Shown piece after piece: positions 49,648 to 59,860 of a DNA stretch of 64,000 bases. The stretch's first letter is position 1, and every line of letters begins with the position of its first letter. Location of the stretch: assembly GCA_013166775.1 (NCBI GenBank), contig JABLTJ010000009.1, positions 1 to 64,000 on the forward strand, read 5' to 3'. Source of the DNA: Promethearchaeati archaeon. Lineage in GTDB: Archaea; Asgardarchaeota; Heimdallarchaeia; Heimdallarchaeales; Heimdallarchaeaceae. The notes under the pieces were generated by a model. It made no database searches. It had not been told where the DNA came from and saw only the letters and a program-made list of their open reading frames with translations. Position numbers and translations under genes: made by a program.

Positions 49648-51828
49648 TTAATTTTCTTTCTCTTTCTGACTTTTCTCTAATTTCTTTCTCCCAACTCTCA
49701 TAGCATTAAGAATTACTAACAATGAAGCGCCCATATCTCCAAAAAGTACAGCTAGCCATAATAACGAGTCCCCAAAGAATGTTTTTACTGCTATAAATGC
49801 TATACTCAGAAAGACCAAAATAAAGAATATGAACTTGATAAACAATGATAGAAAAATATTGGTTTGTATTGTTCTTTTTGTTTGTTTACCTAATCTGAAA
49901 AGATAAGGGAGACTAAACAAATTATCCGAAGATAGAACAATATCAGCTGTTTCAATAGCAATAGCTGTTCCAGCCGCTCCCATTGCAATTCCAACATCTG
50001 ATAAAGCCAATGCTGGTGCATCATTTATACCATCACCAACCATTGCAACTAGCTCGTATTTTTCTTTAAGACGCTTCACAGAATCAACTTTTTCTTCTGG
50101 TAAAAGTTCAGCTTCATATGAGATACCTAATTCTTCTGCTATTTTATTTGCGACAGCTTCATTATCTCCTGTTAACATGATTATGTCTTTTACACCAGTT
50201 TTCTTTAGAGAAGATATCGCATCTTTTGTTTCAGGTCTTAACTCATCTGACATATGTATATGCGCTATAACAGATTTATCCTCAACAACATAACTAACGA
50301 TACTTTCTGTTTCTTCGCATTCAAGATCATAAGCTTCAAATCCTAAAGCTTCGTTAACAAGTGCTTCACTCCCAATGTAGTAAACTTTACCTTTCCTTGA
50401 ACCTTTGATTCCTTTTCCAGGAAGTATCTTTACATCCTTATATCCAAGTCCTCTAGTTCCATGTTCTTTTCCGTAATTTACTATAGCTTCCGCAATCTTA
50501 TGCTCTGAATGTGATTCAAGACTGGATGCTATTTCTATAATTGTGTTTTCAGAGTATCCTTCCAGAGCTTCTATTTTGTATACTTTAAGGTTACCTGTGG
50601 AAAGAGTGCCTGTTTTATCCATACCGACGGCATTAACAGAAGATAATACTTCCAGATATTTACCTCCCTTTACTAAAACACCCTTTTTTGAAGCTCTTGT
50701 AATTGCTGTTACTACAGTTATTGGTGTTGAAAGTACTAATGCACATGGACATGAAATAACTAGAATTACTAAGCTCTGATATAACCAAGATCTCAATATT
50801 TCCAAGTCAATAGGAATGTTCATGAAAATGCCTGGTATCAAGAATACAGAGAGAGCTATAATTACCATTGCGGGTGTATAAAATTTGGCAAATTTCTGAA
50901 TAAATTGTTCTTGTTTAGATTTTTGTTGTTCTGCTTTTTCTATTAGTTGCCTTATCCTTGCAACAGTGCTTTCCTCAGGCATCTGAGTTACTCTAATTAT
51001 TATGTAACCATCAATATTAATTGAGCCAGAGAAGACTTTATCTCCCACTTCCTTGTAGATTGGTGTAGACTCTCCAGTTATAGGACTCTGATCAACATAG
51101 GATTTTCCCCAATCTAGTTTCCCATCTATGGGTATTCTTCCTCCTGGTTTTATACTAACTCTATCACCTACAACTAAATCTCCTATTGGAACTTCTTCGT
51201 GTTTTCTACCTTTTATTAATTTAATAGCGGTTGGAGGAGTTAAATCCATTAATTCTCGAATAGATTGTCTTGCTTTATCCATAGAAAAAGCTTCTAGCAA
51301 TTCTGCTAAAGTAAATAGAACAATAATCTCTGCAGCTTCTTCCCAATATTGAATACTCATTGCTCCAATAACAGCTATAACCATTAGAAGGTCTATATCT
51401 ATAGTTCTTGCTTTAAGAGAAGCAAACGCTTTAAGATAAATAGGTATTCCACCAACTGTTATAACTGGGATGTAAAAAATCAACACTAAGTAAGTGTCAT
51501 CAAAATAAAGATAATCCATAAGCAATGCAATTATTAGAAAAAATGTGCCAATCAAGAAGAATAAAAGATTTTTATTATGTTTGATGTTAAAGAAAGATTT
51601 CCGCTCATATGCACTACTGAAACCATATCCTGTTTTCTTTATTGTATCTATGATTTCTTTTTCCGAAACTTCATCTTCATTATATTTAACGATAAGTTTC
51701 GTTGAAACAAGATTTAAAGTAACATCTTCAATGCCTGTTATACTCTCAATACTCTTAGTGACTTTAGCTAGACAATTAGCACAGTCCATTCCAGTCACTA
51801 CTCCCTTTAATTCAGACATTTTTATCAA
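49648..51828 (-). CDS. Heavy-metal (Zn/Cd/Pb-type) P1B-ATPase
   Basis: HMA GMDCANC, TGES, SCPC, DKTGT, GDGIND. Confidence 0.95.
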   Translation of the reverse strand: MIKMSELKGVVTGMDCANCLAKVTKSIESITGIEDVTLNLVSTKLIVKYNEDEVSEKEIIDTIKKTGYGFSSAYERKSFFNIKHNKNLLFFLIGTFFLIIALLMDYLYFDDTYLVLIFYIPVITVGGIPIYLKAFASLKARTIDIDLLMVIAVIGAMSIQYWEEAAEIIVLFTLAELLEAFSMDKARQSIRELMDLTPPTAIKLIKGRKHEEVPIGDLVVGDRVSIKPGGRIPIDGKLDWGKSYVDQSPITGESTPIYKEVGDKVFSGSINIDGYIIIRVTQMPEESTVARIRQLIEKAEQQKSKQEQFIQKFAKFYTPAMVIIALSVFLIPGIFMNIPIDLEILRSWLYQSLVILVISCPCALVLSTPITVVTAITRASKKGVLVKGGKYLEVLSSVNAVGMDKTGTLSTGNLKVYKIEALEGYSENTIIEIASSLESHSEHKIAEAIVNYGKEHGTRGLGYKDVKILPGKGIKGSRKGKVYYIGSEALVNEALGFEAYDLECEETESIVSYVVEDKSVIAHIHMSDELRPETKDAISSLKKTGVKDIIMLTGDNEAVANKIAEELGISYEAELLPEEKVDSVKRLKEKYELVAMVGDGINDAPALALSDVGIAMGAAGTAIAIETADIVLSSDNLFSLPYLFRLGKQTKRTIQTNIFLSLFIKFIFFILVFLSIAFIAVKTFFGDSLLWLAVLFGDMGASLLVILNAMRVGRKKLEKSQKEKEN

Positions 51829-51945
51829 TTCAATTTAATAGGAAGAACTATTAAGAATTCTTATTAGTCAAAATTCAATCTACTAAGAAATATCACTAGC
51901 CACTACTACTCGAGTTAATAAAAATGGAAAAAAATGGAAAAACTT

Positions 51946-52287
51946 CTAAAGCTTATCTAATTTCTGCAATTTCAGCGTCTCTGGCATTGTGGCTTTTATT
52001 TTCAGTTTCTTTTGTTGATAAGCTTTAAAACCACTTATTTCACCACGATTAAGTTTTAGAAAAGTATCTGTACTCATCGAGTACATAATATCTGGGTCAT
52101 CAAGTTTTTCTTTCACAATTGGTTGTGGTATTCCTTTTATCAACTCTATTACATAATACTCGTCAATATCTGTAAAATGATACTGAAGTTTCTTAGTCCA
52201 GGTTTTAAAGAATTTTGCAACCTTTTCATGAGTGTATTTGTCCTTTTGTTTTTCTAGTGTTTCAAGTACTTCGTCCATGTTCACCAT
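51946..52287 (-). CDS. SCP2 sterol/lipid-binding domain protein
   Basis: PDIMYSMSTDTFLKLNRGEISGFKAYQQKKLKIK. Confidence 0.8.
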   Translation of the reverse strand: MVNMDEVLETLEKQKDKYTHEKVAKFFKTWTKKLQYHFTDIDEYYVIELIKGIPQPIVKEKLDDPDIMYSMSTDTFLKLNRGEISGFKAYQQKKLKIKATMPETLKLQKLDKL

Positions 52288-52302
52288 ATATTACACCTTA
52301 AC

Positions 52303-52563
52303 TTATCCGTAGCTGAAACGAACTCCAGTTCCACCTTTTGGTTCACTGAAGAAAACTGCGTCATATTCACAGGCATTCCAGCAAGCTCCACATTCTACAC
52401 ACTGTTTGAGGTTTACTGGCCGATATATTTTTCCGTCTGGTTGCCAAACATCTCTTGTACAGAATTTTGCACAATCACCACAACCAACACAATTATCTTC
52501 TAACACTTTAATGAATTCTCCAGTATCTCCTGGATAGTAATCTACTTTCATTTCTACCTTCAT
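52303..52563 (-). CDS. 2x[4Fe-4S] ferredoxin, FixX-like
   Basis: CVGCGDC..C, CVECGAC..C; C-terminal PKGGTGVRFSYG. Confidence 0.9.
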   Translation of the reverse strand: MKVEMKVDYYPGDTGEFIKVLEDNCVGCGDCAKFCTRDVWQPDGKIYRPVNLKQCVECGACWNACEYDAVFFSEPKGGTGVRFSYG

Positions 52564-53861
52564 TTTCTTTGCCTCTCTTTGACTAATATTTCGAAATCCG
52601 GATCGACTTTAGCATAGGGTTGGATTAACTCTAGAAAATCATAAGCTTCTTGTATCAATTCGAAGTTTTCATCTTCTACACCCTTCATCCATTTACTGTG
52701 AATAGCGTTTGAAATAAAACCACCACCCATGATTACTTGTTGCATCATTTGGGTAATTTCTTCATCAGTTTTTGTTAAAATCGATTCTTTATTTACAGCT
52801 GCGATATAACGAAATGCTTGCATGAAGAAGTTTTCACCAATAAGCTCGTCATATCTTTCTGATAATTTTGATTCTGAATAATCTCCAGCTTCAATTGCTT
52901 CAGCTGCAGCTGTAGCAGCATATATACCAGTAAAGAATGCTTCTGGCATTCCTTCTCCTAAGAATGGAATAACAAATCCTCCTGCTTCTCCTGTAAGGAT
53001 TAAACCGTTTCTTACTCTCCTTTCAATAGCTTCGTCATATTCCAAATGTAATCCCCAAGAGGTTATCTCTCCTCCTTCCAGCTTCTTCTTAACCACTGGA
53101 AGATTGAGGAAATTGTCCATGTATTTATTCACGTTTGGAAATTCATCATTGATGAGATTTTCATCCATATATCCCCCAGTTCCTACAGTAACAGTATCTT
53201 TCTTAGGGAATATCCAAGGCCAAGTTTTATGTTGAATTCCTGGGGATAAATAATATTCTATACAATCACCAAATCTCTCATTAATTACTTCTTCTCCTAA
53301 TTTAACTGCAACTGTAACATAAAGGATCATATTCTGACCTTTTCGTTTAGGTATTAAACCAGCTTTTCTACCCACAATTGAATTCACACCTGCTGCATCA
53401 ATGATTACTTTTCCGTAGAATTTTTCTCCAGAATCAGTCACAACTCCTTTGATATAATCATTTTCTTCTATAATATCCAGCACAGTTGTTGAAAGTTTGA
53501 CTTCAGCTCCTGCTTTTCTAGCTTCTTCTGTATGCCAGGAATCTAGATGGTCTCTTCTGACCGAAAGCAATAAAATCCCTTCTGAAGGTATTTCATGAAA
53601 AACTGTTGTTCTTTCGCTATTGATATGAAAAGTTCTCATTTCTCTAATTTTTCTTTCAATAGGACATTCAGCAATATAGTGCAAATCTGGATCGAGTATA
53701 GCAGCACCATTTAAACAAGTTCCAGAAACATTTTTTTCACCTGGAACTTGGGATTTCTCAAGAAGTAGTACTTTCATGCCAAGTTCTGCAGCTTTTTTAG
53801 CTGCTGCAGGACCTGCACATCCAGCACCAACGACTATGATATCATACTCATTATTACTCAT
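52560..53861 (-). CDS. FAD-dependent oxidoreductase, FixC/geranylgeranyl-reductase family
   Basis: YDIIVVGAGCAG, EK..PGEKNVSG, WIFPK, GEAGG..GEGM. Confidence 0.85.
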   Translation of the reverse strand: MSNNEYDIIVVGAGCAGPAAAKKAAELGMKVLLLEKSQVPGEKNVSGTCLNGAAILDPDLHYIAECPIERKIREMRTFHINSERTTVFHEIPSEGILLLSVRRDHLDSWHTEEARKAGAEVKLSTTVLDIIEENDYIKGVVTDSGEKFYGKVIIDAAGVNSIVGRKAGLIPKRKGQNMILYVTVAVKLGEEVINERFGDCIEYYLSPGIQHKTWPWIFPKKDTVTVGTGGYMDENLINDEFPNVNKYMDNFLNLPVVKKKLEGGEITSWGLHLEYDEAIERRVRNGLILTGEAGGFVIPFLGEGMPEAFFTGIYAATAAAEAIEAGDYSESKLSERYDELIGENFFMQAFRYIAAVNKESILTKTDEEITQMMQQVIMGGGFISNAIHSKWMKGVEDENFELIQEAYDFLELIQPYAKVDPDFEILVKERQRK

Positions 53862-54082
53862 TTATAGTTCCTCCTTGAACACCAACAACGATAAAACAAA
53901 CAATAAACTAGTTTCTATTCGTTATTGCTTCAGACAAGCCTCACTCTTATTGTGCTAATTTTAAATTTTTACTCGTAATTGCTAACATGTCTTTAGAAAC
54001 GTAATTCTAACAAAATCTAAATAGATTCTGAAGGAGGTAGTTGAATAGAAAAATAAAAATAATAATTCTATTCAGAAACCTC

Positions 54083-55270
54083 ATGGATATTCAAGAATTT
54101 AAACAAAATCTTATCGATGAAGCTAAAGAACTAGAGTCATATATTATAGAAAAACGAAGACACTTTCACATGAATCCTGAAACAGGATTTGAAGAGGTAA
54201 AGACATCTGCTCATATTGAAGAGGAATTAAGAAAGATTGGTTATGATATACAAAAAACTGCAGTTACTGGGCTTATTGCTACTATCGACTCAGGTAAAGA
54301 GGGGAGAACTATTGCATTGAGAGCTGATATAGATGCCCTCAATGTTACTGAAGATAACGATAAACCCTATTGTAGTAAAATACCAGGAAAAATGCATGCT
54401 TGTGGTCATGATGCACATTCAGCAATGTTACTAGGTGCAGCGAAAATAATTTACAAAAACAAAGATAACTTAACAGGTAAAGTAAAACTTGTATTTCAAC
54501 CAGCAGAAGAAGGTGGAGGAGGAGCTAAGAAAATAGTGGATGAAGGCCATATTGATGATGTAGACCAAATCTTTGGCATTCACGTTTGGCAAGAAGGACA
54601 AAGTGGAACTATTGCAACAACAAAGGGACCTTTTCTTGCCTCAGCGGATCAATTTAAAATAAAGATAAAAGGCAAAGGTGGACACGCTGCCAGTCCCCAT
54701 CAAACATTTGATCCAACTGCAGTTCTTGTTGATATCTATAATGCCATTCAAAAAATAGTTAGCCGAGAAATTGATCCCTTGGAAAAAGCAGTTATTTCTA
54801 TTCCAATGATAGAAGGAAGTGATGCGCATAATATAATTCCTACAGAAGCTAAAATGGAAGGTACATTTAGAACTTTCAACAATGATGTCAGAGATCACAT
54901 CTTGAAAAGAATAAAGGAAATTGTTGAGGGATACAGTAAAGCTTGGAGATGTGAAGGAAATGTTGAGTTTGAGATAGACGGTATCTATTACCCTCCAACC
55001 ATAAATCATGTAGAAAGTGTTGATGATTTGATCGAAATACTAAAACCTCTTGATGAAGTAAAGGATGCAGGTCTGACAATGGGTGGAGAGGATTTTGCTT
55101 TTTACCTTAACAAAACAAAAGGAGCTTTTATTGTACTTGGGCTTTACAATGAAGAAAAAGGTATAATTCATCCTCATCATCATCCAAAATTTGATGTGGA
55201 TGAAGATATATTATGGAAAGGAACAGCAATTTACTCGCTATTAGCTTTCTACGATATCTTTAAGCAATAA
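54083..55270 (+). CDS. M20D amidohydrolase/carboxypeptidase
   Basis: LRADIDAL, MHACGHDAH, FQPAEEG, GGHAASPH, GEDF, HHPKFD. Confidence 0.9.
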   Translation: MDIQEFKQNLIDEAKELESYIIEKRRHFHMNPETGFEEVKTSAHIEEELRKIGYDIQKTAVTGLIATIDSGKEGRTIALRADIDALNVTEDNDKPYCSKIPGKMHACGHDAHSAMLLGAAKIIYKNKDNLTGKVKLVFQPAEEGGGGAKKIVDEGHIDDVDQIFGIHVWQEGQSGTIATTKGPFLASADQFKIKIKGKGGHAASPHQTFDPTAVLVDIYNAIQKIVSREIDPLEKAVISIPMIEGSDAHNIIPTEAKMEGTFRTFNNDVRDHILKRIKEIVEGYSKAWRCEGNVEFEIDGIYYPPTINHVESVDDLIEILKPLDEVKDAGLTMGGEDFAFYLNKTKGAFIVLGLYNEEKGIIHPHHHPKFDVDEDILWKGTAIYSLLAFYDIFKQ

Positions 55271-55328
55271 CTTTCTTCTTTTCATTTCTAGATAATCTTT
55301 ATTTATTGCACAAGGGAATATATGGTAT

Positions 55329-56294
55329 ATGTTAAAAAGACAAAAATCAACTAAACTAATTTTCATTTATTGTCTAATGCTTATAATAATATTTATTACA
55401 CAGATTCAATCTTCAAGTTCATGGATATCATCATATGGATATTCAACGATTGTTGAAGCGGGAGATATAATTAGCTGGGAAGTTGAGCGATTTTCAGGTC
55501 CTAGTAGTTTTAACAATTTTAAAAATGGAATATATGTCACAAATGGAGTCTATCTTCCAGAAGGAAGTACTTTGTCAGTGCGTGTAAATTATCATCCTAA
55601 TGATCTATACTACAAACATCCACTTCTCTTGTGGAACACATCAACAGATTGGTATGATTTGTACATCAATGATTCTAAAGAAATCTTAGAAATAACAATG
55701 AGTTCTCTAATGACCATAGGATTCTTAACTTTACCATATTTAGCACCTGTCAAAGCAGAGGTCAATGAGGAAGAGAAGAATTATTTTCCGTATTTAATAG
55801 AGCAAGAAGAAGCATATAATCATACAAGTACAGGCACACTTGATGAAACAAGTGAATATCCAATTGATTATGTTCGAAAGGAGATTTTTACAACCTTCAT
55901 CAATTCAACTGATTTTAGTTCGAAATCTATAGATAATTACAAAAGAACACAGGTAATTTCAGAAAATTTGACTTATATTTGGACTCTGAGGAAAGAATAT
56001 AACAACACATACGATATAACAACAGGAATTCTGAAGAAGGAAGAATGTATTATCAGCAATGTTACAACCACAATAGAAACAGATGAAAACAGCTCTTCAA
56101 CATCAAAAAGTTATCACTGGTTCAAATACAACTTCGTCAGTAATTACACATATACTAGTCCACAAACAGATCCAACATCTTTCAGTTCAATTATAGTTAT
56201 TTCACCGACAGTTCTACTTTGCTTGGTTCTATTCCCTAAATTCTTGAGAAAAAAAGGAAAAAACAGACGTCTAGACAAAGGGCGTGTAAGATAA
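55329..56294 (+). CDS. Secreted C-terminally anchored hypothetical protein
   Basis: Signal peptide; TDPTSF + TM + KKGKNRR. Confidence 0.7.
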   Translation: MLKRQKSTKLIFIYCLMLIIIFITQIQSSSSWISSYGYSTIVEAGDIISWEVERFSGPSSFNNFKNGIYVTNGVYLPEGSTLSVRVNYHPNDLYYKHPLLLWNTSTDWYDLYINDSKEILEITMSSLMTIGFLTLPYLAPVKAEVNEEEKNYFPYLIEQEEAYNHTSTGTLDETSEYPIDYVRKEIFTTFINSTDFSSKSIDNYKRTQVISENLTYIWTLRKEYNNTYDITTGILKKEECIISNVTTTIETDENSSSTSKSYHWFKYNFVSNYTYTSPQTDPTSFSSIIVISPTVLLCLVLFPKFLRKKGKNRRLDKGRVR

Positions 56295-56603
56295 ATAGAT
56301 ACTGGACTTACATGCTGTTTTTCTCACTTTTAGGCTCTCTAATTAGAAAACTCCTTCGTCTAGAAATACTCTCCAGTTTTTAGAGGTTTCTCAAGCTTTA
56401 ACCTTGCTGAAAGGTTACCTGTGAATTCTCAAAACCACCTTATTATGAAAGTCATCTTTAGGATAAGGGATTATACAAGAAGGTAGAGGTCTCGGTTTTT
56501 TTCGAGGTTTACTATTTGAAACCATTGGAAAGGAATATATATATAAGTAGAAGAGATAATCATAATTAAACAGAAATGGGTTAGAAACCTATAAAGTGGA
56601 AAA

Positions 56604-57065
56604 ATGGGGATAAAATTGGATACAGAGGTCAACTCTTATGTAAGCTCGAAGATTGGTGAATTACTCAAAAAGTATACCAATCAGCCCAATCTTAGGAATG
56701 CTATGAATTTGGGTAGAGAAATCGCAACAGGCTCTGCTTCTTTAGAAGTAAAGAAATGGAGGTTTAGAATGGCTTTGGATGTTGTTACACCAGATATGGG
56801 TGTTTATTCTGCACTTATGGCTTGGTCTTCGATTACAACTCTTGAGGATAATGTTCCTCCTAGTCAAAAAATAATAGCAGTCAAAGAGATGCTTAGGAAT
56901 CCTGATTTGAAATCAGAAGTGTTAGATGAAGTAATTAAGAGCATATTTGTTAGTAGGGAAGTACCAAGAGATCTCTTAAATTATATTGCTCCTGAAATCA
57001 AAAAAGCTTCAAGAATTTCTGCTGAACTAAAATCGTATATTTTGGATAAAAAGGATGCTGAATAG
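56604..57065 (+). CDS. Hypothetical protein
   Basis: 153-aa ORF with upstream TATA-like TATATATAA. Confidence 0.65.
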   Translation: MGIKLDTEVNSYVSSKIGELLKKYTNQPNLRNAMNLGREIATGSASLEVKKWRFRMALDVVTPDMGVYSALMAWSSITTLEDNVPPSQKIIAVKEMLRNPDLKSEVLDEVIKSIFVSREVPRDLLNYIAPEIKKASRISAELKSYILDKKDAE

Positions 57066-57066
57066 T

Positions 57067-57909
57067 CTAACATCTCAATTTACAAAAGATATTTGATATT
57101 AGTTCTACTTGTTTTCTATTAATACCTAGTTGCAAAAATTGATAATTTTGTATCTCTAGGGCTAGGATATTTTCAAACTTATCTGGTTGAATGATATCTT
57201 CATATTTCTCAGCTGTTTTTTCGAAACATGTTATCATCTTTTCATTATCCAAAACACCTAGTTTCCAGAAAACCAAACATCGAGAAATAAAAATCCCTAA
57301 TTCATCTTGATTTTTTAGGATTTGTGTTTCATTTAATGCAAAATGATAGAAGAGGCTAGCTAAAATTTGAAAAATTTCATGTATTTTGTGAGGATATTTT
57401 GGATACATTGTAAGATTGTTTAATAGATCTCTAAAGGATTTTATATTAGTGATTATAGCTTGGGGAGGAGATAGTTCTTCATTTAAACAGCTTTCCATGA
57501 AATCACATAATTGACTATGAACTTTCTCTAATTCTTCTTTTTGATTCTTTGGAATTTCTTTTCCCAAAGGATATTCTCTTGCTAAATAAAACAATTTATG
57601 AGCTAATCCACTTAAGTAATTGAGCAGGTTTTTACTTGAGTTATCTTCCTTCCAAACATATGGAAGATAATCGATAAGAAGTAAATAACTGATATGCAAG
57701 TTTACATTCTCTACAAGAATATCTGTCAGAAATTCACTTGAAAGGTTCTGGATATTCTCCATGATTAAGTTTCGTGCTTTTGAAGAAAGTCCTTCTTCTA
57801 AGATATAATCATAAATCTGTTCTTCTAAATTAGTCATATTAATATCATTTTCTACAATGTATCTTATTTTTATTATGGTATAGCAAAATCTACATTGGTA
57901 TATATCCAA
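57067..57909 (-). CDS. Hypothetical helical protein
   Basis: ORF convergent with 56604 gene; start probably MTNLE (~57837). Confidence 0.6.
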   Translation of the reverse strand: MDIYQCRFCYTIIKIRYIVENDINMTNLEEQIYDYILEEGLSSKARNLIMENIQNLSSEFLTDILVENVNLHISYLLLIDYLPYVWKEDNSSKNLLNYLSGLAHKLFYLAREYPLGKEIPKNQKEELEKVHSQLCDFMESCLNEELSPPQAIITNIKSFRDLLNNLTMYPKYPHKIHEIFQILASLFYHFALNETQILKNQDELGIFISRCLVFWKLGVLDNEKMITCFEKTAEKYEDIIQPDKFENILALEIQNYQFLQLGINRKQVELISNIFCKLRC

Positions 57910-57948
57910 TCACCACAATGCTTTTTTATAAGTTGAAGATTTTTACAT

Positions 57949-59172
57949 ATGGATTTCTCTATCTTTCTGCCTTCGATAGAGATTGGTCCTCCCTACGTTG
58001 GACCCATGGCAGGTTTACGTCGTTACGCATATTCTTTAGTTCAATCTCTCGTTAATCAAAACATTGACATTCATATTGTAACAACCTCAGAACTGCTTGA
58101 GAACGATGAAATACTGGATAGAGAAAATGTTAACATTTACAATTTACCACCTCAGATTTCAGCTAGAGGTGCATATAGTACTCAAACCCATTTTTATGCT
58201 AAAAACCATCGTAGGTTTTCTAAACAAGCATATGAGATTTTTCAAACCCTTCAGGATGAGATAGGTTTCTCATTAATTCATGCTACAGAAGGAGCTGCAT
58301 ATGCTTTTGCAAAAGCTAAGAAAAAAAATAAATTAAGGATTCCAATAATCGTTTCTATTCATGGAGCCGTAACAACGGGTAATTTCAAATCAAGAGTTTT
58401 TGTAAAACGGCCATATTCAAGATTGTTGAGAAAAGTAATTGAAAGCAGTAATCTCATAGTATCAAGTTCCTTCTCTTTATTGGAAAAAATTAAAGGACTT
58501 CCGAAAGGTACTAAGGAAAAAACAGAAATCGTTCCTCATTCCTTAAACTGTAAGAAATTTTCCCAAATTCCTAAACTTGAAGATATAGAGGATTTCAGAG
58601 ATAAATATGATCTTAATCTAGGAAAAGTTACTTTTCTTCTTCAAGGACCCTACATCACACGAAAATCACAGCATGAAATCATTGAATACTTTCCAGAGAT
58701 TATTGAATATCATCCTGACTCCATTTTTCTCATTATAGGTGAAGGACCTTTATTATCAAAAATAAAGGCGAAAATTATTGATTTGGGAATTGAAGAATCT
58801 GTTAGAATTACTGGATATATAAATGAGGAAGAATTACATTTAGCATATCATACAAGTGATATACTTCTCTATCCTGCAACGGAAGCTAGTTTTAGTACAC
58901 CTTTGATAGAAGCTATGGCATCTGGACTACCAGTAATAGCAGTTGATGCACCACCCATGAATGAGATGCTACCACCAGATGTTGATTGGCTCTACCCATC
59001 TAATCAGAAGGATCTCTTGGTTGAAAAGGTAGTTGATATTATTGAAGATAAAGAAGCAAATCAGCAAATAGCTTTTGAATCCAGAAAACATGCTCTAGAA
59101 ATATATGATAATAAGATAGTTGGCAAAAGAATCAAGAAAATCTATCTTAATATTATAAAAGACTCAGAGTAG
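57949..59172 (+). CDS. GT4 family glycosyltransferase
   Basis: IGEGP, EASFSTPLIEAMASGLPVI. Confidence 0.9.
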   Translation: MDFSIFLPSIEIGPPYVGPMAGLRRYAYSLVQSLVNQNIDIHIVTTSELLENDEILDRENVNIYNLPPQISARGAYSTQTHFYAKNHRRFSKQAYEIFQTLQDEIGFSLIHATEGAAYAFAKAKKKNKLRIPIIVSIHGAVTTGNFKSRVFVKRPYSRLLRKVIESSNLIVSSSFSLLEKIKGLPKGTKEKTEIVPHSLNCKKFSQIPKLEDIEDFRDKYDLNLGKVTFLLQGPYITRKSQHEIIEYFPEIIEYHPDSIFLIIGEGPLLSKIKAKIIDLGIEESVRITGYINEEELHLAYHTSDILLYPATEASFSTPLIEAMASGLPVIAVDAPPMNEMLPPDVDWLYPSNQKDLLVEKVVDIIEDKEANQQIAFESRKHALEIYDNKIVGKRIKKIYLNIIKDSE

Positions 59173-59276
59173 TGCTATTATTTGTTTAGAAATATTTTTA
59201 TCTCATAAAACAGATTAATGAAATATCCTTAAATACTCTCAAGAGCAATATTGCAGTAGTATAAGGTGTTAAAGAA

Positions 59277-59828
59277 ATGTCTAGAAAGAAATTCTTTTGT
59301 CCAAATTGTGGAGCTTCTATAACTCCAGATGATAAATTCTGCTTAAATTGTGGTCATAAATTGGTTGAGGAAGATACAATTCCTTCTCCTGCTCAACAGG
59401 TACAATATCAACAACCAGTTCAGCAATCTGGACCTTACGCCCCTGCACAGCCCTACGCTCCAGCTCAACCAATGCCAGTGGTGGGAGGTATTCCAAGAGA
59501 ACGGTTTATGGAGCTTAAACCTTCATATTTAGATAGGTTTCTTGCTTTCCTAATCGATGATATAATTTTTGGTTTTATTGGTGCATTTTGTTTTATTATA
59601 CCATTTTTCAAAGATATGATACCAGAAGCAGGAAAATCATTCGGTAAGTCTATCCTTAAGCTTAAGGTAGTAAATTACGATACAGGAAATCCAATAACTG
59701 CAGGTCAAGCTTGTGTTCGAACTTTGTGCTTTATCATCCCATTTGATGTATTTGTGCCATTATGTACTGAGGATGGAAGACGTATAGGGGATATGGTAGC
59801 TAACACAATAGTTTTGGAGGACAGATAA
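59277..59828 (+). CDS. Zinc-ribbon + RDD family protein
   Basis: FCPNCG..FCLNCG; RFLAFLID, GKSFGK, GRRIGDMVANTIV. Confidence 0.85.
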   Translation: MSRKKFFCPNCGASITPDDKFCLNCGHKLVEEDTIPSPAQQVQYQQPVQQSGPYAPAQPYAPAQPMPVVGGIPRERFMELKPSYLDRFLAFLIDDIIFGFIGAFCFIIPFFKDMIPEAGKSFGKSILKLKVVNYDTGNPITAGQACVRTLCFIIPFDVFVPLCTEDGRRIGDMVANTIVLEDR

Positions 59829-59860
59829 AAATCCCCTCCCCACAAAGGAAAAAAAATAGT

